From the NCBI RefSeq assembly GCF_009914755.1, contig NC_060939.1: 64,000 nucleotides of DNA, one strand, 5' to 3'. The notes beneath the pieces are model-generated. The model saw only the letters and a program-made list of their open reading frames with translations, did no database searches and was not told the origin of the DNA. The first letter of the stretch is position 1. Each line of letters begins with the position of its first letter. This stretch comes from the human T2T-CHM13v2.0 reference genome, Homo sapiens. The translations under genes were made by a program, and so were the position numbers. Shown here piece after piece: positions 56,386 through 64,000 of this stretch.

Positions 56386-56833
56386 CTCTGTTCATCCCTG
56401 GTCCACTTCCTCCTGTTATACGGATCCTTCAGGAATATTCAAACTTCCTCAAAGGAAGGAGAGTCCTGTGCTACACAACTAGGTGCATGTTAAACTTAAC
56501 TCCAAATGGGTTCTGACATGAACTGGCATAATGCTTCTAGGAATGAAAGGCCTTGGTTAACACAATTACCAGCTGCACTCCTGCCGATAAGGGCTCCGGT
56601 TTTCTCTAAAAGTTGACTTCATCAATGTCAGATCTTTACAACTACGAAGAGAGATGAAATATAAATATAAAATGAATTATATAAATGGTATTTATAAAAA
56701 TATAAAACTAATTGTATAGTTGCCACATGAACATGACACTTTATCCATGTCCAGAACACGTAAGATTATGCCTGACTTTGGATGCTAAAATATCTGGTAT
56801 GCTAATACACAAGCAGCCTTTTAACCTTGATTG

Positions 56834-57228
<395 letters not shown>

Positions 57229-60192
57229 TTACTTGTGTGATTTGATAGTCCCATTAACTCTGAAAGGAGCTTTTGGCTCCTTTGATTTATTCTTGTCTTT
57301 ACAGTAGGGAATACCACACACAGCATGGTTGCTAGTGAAATGGTGTGGCACATTTGTCATATGTTACTGCTTCTTGAAGATGACATGCCTGTGACTGCTA
57401 GGGGTTGTCTCCTGGTATCATGTGACCTTGTAAACGGCCAGTGAAGCGTAAACATACATTATGCTATATCCATGTAAAGGTCCTTAGAGTGCATGTCATG
57501 AGATACATGAGATATTTACCTTGCAGCCAGGTTCAGGACATTCATTCATCTCATAAACTCACAAAAAATTTAGTGACAGGTGGCAACATCATTAAAAAAG
57601 AATTGGCTAACAGTGCATCTGCTGTGACACTGCTAGCTGATAAATACATCAAAACAAACACTGATGAAGGGAATTATTAGAAGCCCCTTGTTTAAAGTCT
57701 GAACTGTGGCTGTGCCAAGATTTAGACATGTTGTGCAAACTCCTCTAGAATGAAGAGGGCTAATAGGATCCTTACTTCTTTCTTCCTGGGTTCCTGTGTG
57801 CCTGCCAACATTTTTATACCATAGAAGAAAAGGGGAACCACCACCATCCAGATTTAGCATCTCACTCTGAGGTTTTTATCTTCCCTTTAGAAATGTTAGA
57901 AAAAAATTGGTAATAGAATTTATTTTGTATGTGTGTGAGGAGGAAACATGACTGATGGAGGAACTGCGTCCATAATTCTAAACCTCATCCCCATTTTTAC
58001 ATGTTTTAATATTACATTTTTAAAAATACATAATTGAATGAGTCAAATCTAGCAAGCATTGATTACACTTCAGGAGAGTTCATAAGATTTCCTTTTTAAG
58101 TCACTCATGCTTATATTGTGATGTAAGTCCTAGGTCTTGCCCATGTATGTGTCAAGTCCCTACAGCCAGAGTAGCCATGCTAGGTGTTAAAAGCCTGAAT
58201 TTCCTTTGTATTCGTTGGTAAAAAGCCACTGCCTCAAGCTGTCCAAGAACATCCTTGGTGCCCTTGCTCAGGACCTCCCCACCCCAGTGCCGATGACTTT
58301 CAGGCTGCTAACCTTTGGGACACTCCTCCTCCCTACACCTGATTGGTAAGAACAGGATATCACATCATTAAATTTTTAACTTGCTTGACTTGACTCTGCT
58401 TTTTCCTTGGAGAGGGAGAAAAATAACATTCTGGTTTCAGATGCTGTTCTTTCCCTTTTTAAATCTATGGCTGACCATCCACACCTGCTGCAAAAATAAT
58501 GTTTTTTTATACTCGCAAAATAACAAATCAACTTGGCAAAATTGCTCTCATGTGCAAAAGCTTGTCGAAACCTGCGCTTTAAAAGCTGCCCTGTGTTAGA
58601 GTTCATTTTACAGATGTACTCCTGGCAGGCAGCCTGTTTCGGTGACAAAGCTGGGTGTTTGGAGGTTTAGATTTGGTCTTAATAATGCCACCAACTGGAA
58701 ATTTAACTTCAAGCAAATATCTTACCAACTGGGCTTTAGGTTCCCCACCTCTACATGACATCACTTAGATGCAAAGTCCTTTCTCAGGTCTGTAATGGTT
58801 GCAGTGTACCAAGTTAAACTGGAAAAGTGTCATCACGTCACTTCCTCTGGTGTGTCCTGTGGGCTATAGCCCATCACTGATGAGCTGTGGAAATGTTCCC
58901 CTTTTTGTATTAATCATTACTTGAGACCTCGGCTCCCATTTATTTAGGTAGAATGAATAAATGTATTCTCTTTCTTCTTTGCTGTGGACAAGGAGAATTT
59001 TACAAAATCCATCCAGGACAGCAACCCTAAAGCACTAAGCATTGAGTACATAATTTTAATTTTTTTTTTTTTTTTGAGACAAGGTTCTCCTGTGAATTTT
59101 CTCGTGGAATTTTAGGGGACATATCATGTATATTTGACAGGTTTTCTTTCCTCAAAGAGCTAGGAATCATTTTGATAAATTAAATATTATTATAAATGAG
59201 AGGCCTCCAAACTAAAGTTTCAATGTGTTTTTTTCCACAGACCAAATTGTCATTAAACATGTACATCCTCTTCCCCCTTTCCTTTCCCCTCCTTACTGTC
59301 CTTTGTCATGTTATGCTATGATTTTAGGATTTTATGCTGATATAATGGATTTTAATGTTTCCCTGATAAGCTGATATTTATGAAGATATGTGCAAATAAC
59401 TCACATTTCATTTTTGGACTGGCCTTTTGATGACATGATTTTTGGTTAAAATATGCCATCAGGAAGACCTTACTTCATGGTAAGAAAGCACCTTTCTTGG
59501 TCTAAGCAAAATCTGATTGATATAATTGATTGCAATTCTATGAGAAATTCCAAATTGCCTGATGTAGGTATTGACCATTTTTCTTGGGTGGATTTTTTTT
59601 TTAAATGTTAGTTATAAAAAAGTGGTTCAGCTGACTTAGGCGACAGCACATTGCTTGCTTATAGTTTGTTGATGACATCAGCACTGTACTAGAGAAAAAC
59701 AGGAAAAACAAACTTTTACATTTAACGCTCTTGCAAACCTCTAAGATAACAAAATATTTACCAGGTAGGAAATCCACCCTCTTTTTTCTCTCTTTAAAAA
59801 AAAAAAAAAAAAAAAAAACTCTTTAGTAAGCATCAGTAGACTCCTCAAATAAGTTGAAAGCTTTCAGCAAAACCTGCACACGCTAAAATATCCATTTACT
59901 GTTTTGTTTTTGATTTTGCTAGCTCAGTGATCTCTCGGAATGGGTATGTTATTCACTCCTTCAATATACATGTACTTTGCATGGACAACTGACTTCAAGC
60001 TGTATTTGTCATGAACTGGGCCTTTCACTTGTGAGTGTTCAGGGCAGTTTCCATTCTTTGTGTCTCTGCAATGAAAAAAAAAAAAACCACTAGTGCACCT
60101 CACCCTTCAGTGTTGTGAAATTAGAGGTGGCTGCACACATAGAAATTCGTCGCCAGGCAGTTTGTTTTACCACTGCTCTCCAATTAGAATGA

Positions 60193-60545
<353 letters not shown>

Positions 60546-63187
60546 GCAAGTTGTTTTTAAAGCCTTTCTTGTTTGCTCTGAATATGGTCTAGATGGCCTG
60601 TGATCATAGGTTCAATCTGGTGAGATGACACAAGTGTGTAGCTTTGCCTTCATCTCAGCTTCTCGATGCTTCAGACCTCTTCCAGTGCTATTATGCAACT
60701 CCAGCTCTGCTATTCCATGAGGCTGGAATTCATGATAAAAATGGAAAAAGCTAGTTTGATATTTTCTTTCTCCTGCCATATCTCCAAAGTGAACCAGCAG
60801 AAGAATTAAACGTGAACTTCAACAATTAAGAATAACCATTCAGGTTAACTAGCTTTTTACATTTCTTCACATGCTGAGTTAGAAGCCTTTTCAAGTGAAA
60901 GAGCCCACAGAATAGATTTTTAAAGCTCCAGACTCTCTCAAATCCCCCCATTTATTGAATATAGTGCTTCAGCTTTAGTGTGACTGTCTTTTCTTTGGTG
61001 AAATGGGCGTGTTGTGAAGTCGGCACCTCATGTTTAAGATCAATATGCCTGTCTGATCCTGGCGGTGTTTTTGCAAATGTGTTAACATTTAGCTTTGCTA
61101 ATGTTACACAAACTAGAATTCTGTTCATCCTTGCTGTGGACATTGGAATGCTCTGTTGAAATAATCTTGTCATAATGGTATCTGTGATCTAGAAAGCCTG
61201 AGCTGCTTCTCCATGGCTGGACTAAATATATTTGTTGGTGGTGGTGGTTGTTTCTATATTTTAATTGCAAAAAAATGTAAACATCTTCATGAAAGTTTCT
61301 TAGAGGCATGAGGAGGGATTGGGGGTGTCTAAGCTTTCTCCAGGACACAATCTGTAGGTAAACAGTTTATTATTCAGGGAGATGTTTTGATAAGAGATTT
61401 TGCTGAGAGTTTTGAGAAAAATAACTGTTTCATGGGGGACAGGAGTAGAGATGGGTTGTAAAAATGAATTTCAGCTGCGTTTCTGGCAACATGTTTTAAT
61501 CCTTAATTGTACAATATTTGAATTTTGGGGAAATCTTTTAAGAAACCTGCTTACTTTTTGAAAATAAAGCACATTTGCAGTTTTTTAAATCCTAGGAGAA
61601 TGGAAACTCTTCAGTTTATTTATTAGAGTTTTCCTTTGATCATGTAATTCGCTTTTTAATAAATACCTGAGTTTAAATTACATATTTGTAGTGAGAATTG
61701 AATGAACTAGAGCAAACTTCAATTTATTTCCATTTCATTAAAGCTTAATAAGAGCACCGATCTGGATATTCTGGTAAAGAAAAGTTAACTTGGTGCTAGA
61801 GAAACCCTGATCTCAGCTGGCATTTTCATCCTTACTTGAGTAAAAACCTTGTGACCAACACTCCAGTCCTATGATTGCCACTATCTGGTTTTAGAATGGA
61901 AGGAGCTAAAATGATGACGTGGAATCGGTGGAAAGAAAGTGGGAATAAGACCAAATATATTTAGGCGAACCATGGTGTAAAAATCACTTCTGCTCTGCAG
62001 AGGGCTGAAATGGTTATCTGCAAAGTAAGACGAAAGCTGAAGGCAGAATGCTTCTGCTTCCACCTAGAGTTTCCTGCTGTGGGTACTGCATGTACTTGGG
62101 CTTGTAGTGAGGTGGGAGATGGGGAAAGTGCTGAGTCTTGTTTCTGAGTTCCGTGATGTTGCTCTGGTGTGAGGGAGGAAAGTGCTGGACTAGGCAGGGG
62201 GTGGACATTCTAGCCTTGGTATTCCCACTCTCTGGTCCTTGCTGTCCCACCTGCAAAACATGGACTCTGAACTAAATGAGTGGCTCCTAAACGTCTATCC
62301 CAGGATCAGTGTCTACCCGTGATGAAGGATTCATAAGTCATCAGGAAAATGGGAAAAACTGTTTTTTAGTACCCTTCCTATATTGATGATTAGTTTCATT
62401 CCTGTGGTTGAAATTGTACTTGTTCTTGAACTTGTTCTGTAAGGCCTATTCTTGCCTACAGCTCACGCATTCCATGTACTAAGTAGTTTTGCCCAAATAT
62501 CAGATAGGTGTTTTGGTTTAAAAAAATGCCTTAAAAAATGTTCTTACTGAAACCCGGATAGTCAATTCCCTTGCTGGTTGTGGTTATTCACCTCTTTCTT
62601 TGTGGATAACTACCTCTGTGATTGAAGAGGAAAGGCACTTGATTTTAGAGTTTTTAGGCATCAGTTGCCCCTCCTTTTGTTTTTGTTCGAGAGAGAAACA
62701 TGCATTGGCACCGGCACTGATAAGAATCACCTGGTGCCATCCTATTAAGGATGTGCAGCTGGAGGCTTGGTGCTCCAGACCCCGTTTCTCTGCTGCTCAT
62801 CTGCCTTGAAAAGATGGAGGGTGGTAGGCAGGAGAACTGGGGTGTTCTAGAAGAATGAATTGAGAGCTGACCCAGTGTAAATGAGGCCCGCACCACGGAG
62901 GTTTCTTCTAAGGAACAGCCTTTGGGAGTTTGCTTTTAAACGCCCTTCTCTCTGCTGACTCCTGAGTCCTGCTCTCTGGGTGGGGCCAGAGGTGGAAATT
63001 ATTCATGGTGGAGCCATTCCTTAAAATACTCATTTTCATGTCTTTGATGAGCTATTTGAAAGGTAAGTTGAATGCATTACTTTTTTTTTTTTTACACCTT
63101 ATATCTTCATAGTTTAGTTTCTAAAGTTATGACTTGGTTTTAGGAATTTTCAGAATCACTGCTAGGGTATAAAAATCTCCAGTTGTT

Positions 63188-63494
<307 letters not shown>

Positions 63495-63499
63495 TTAAA

Positions 63500-63592
63500 C
63501 AATTTTATAGTTGATACATAATGTACCTAGTTTCAGAATACATGTGATAATTTAATACATTCATGTAATTTATAAAGACCACATCAGTGAAA
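63500..63592 (-). mobile_element. Short L1 3'-terminal fragment
   Basis: gttgatacataatgtac...tacatgtgataatttaatacattcat..., the reverse complement of an L1MA/PB 3' end. Confidence 0.6.
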
Positions 63593-64000
63593 ATTTCCAG
63601 AATTTGTTTTTGATGGGTACAAATAACTGAGCTGTAATGACTGAGGCATTGTGAGTCGATGAAATAGAGCTTTGGAGCTGATTCTGTAAAACCTCACCTC
63701 CACAATGATACTGTCTAAACCATCGAAGCCACAATTAATTCTCTGACCTCAGGCAGCTGACCCAGGTCACCAGGAGAATGAGCAACTGCTGTTCCCAGGC
63801 AACCACTTTGATGGTGCAGGGCAGGTGGAGCAATAGGGATACACAAATCCATGCTTTATTAGCTATGCAGATTTCACTGAAAGTCAGTGGGAGAAACCTT
63901 TGTAGGTCTGTCTGCAGCCTTCTCAAGCTCTCTCAATAATATAGTCTCTACCTGTTGTATATGGAATGCCAATTCCTCTTTTCATAACTTCAGTCTTTCC

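Noticed and set aside
61915-61922. TGACGTGG (UPRE-like) site
   Set aside because: A single isolated 8-mer with no supporting context.

Overview
Primate (human-like; many young AluY copies) genomic DNA from the 5' part of the ryanodine receptor 3 gene, RYR3, transcribed on the + strand. Only two coding exons are present: exon 2 (21884-22003, 120 nt, [40 protein letters not shown]) and exon 3 (52097-52204, 108 nt, [36 protein letters not shown]). Both are phase 0/0 with canonical AG/GT sites and encode part of the RyR N-terminal domain. The rest is intron (end of intron 1, the 30,093-nt intron 2, start of intron 3) filled with Alu, L1, L2, MIR, MLT LTRs and hAT DNA transposons, several of them nested. 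Almost all ORFs in the supplied track are repeat-derived or chance. Observations worth follow-up: a 108-nt near-perfect hairpin with a nested palindrome and a CTCF-like loop (32819-32926); a candidate UG/GGAT-rich poison exon with six stacked donor sites just after exon 2; a candidate cryptic terminal exon in intron 1; a stop-free alternative-frame 75-nt sub-exon inside exon 3; and Alu geometry that could allow a stop-free exon 2-3 circRNA or an in-frame exon 3 deletion. All of these are hypotheses from sequence alone. Exon numbering and repeat subfamilies come from recall. Boundaries of old repeats are approximate (about 20-50 bp).
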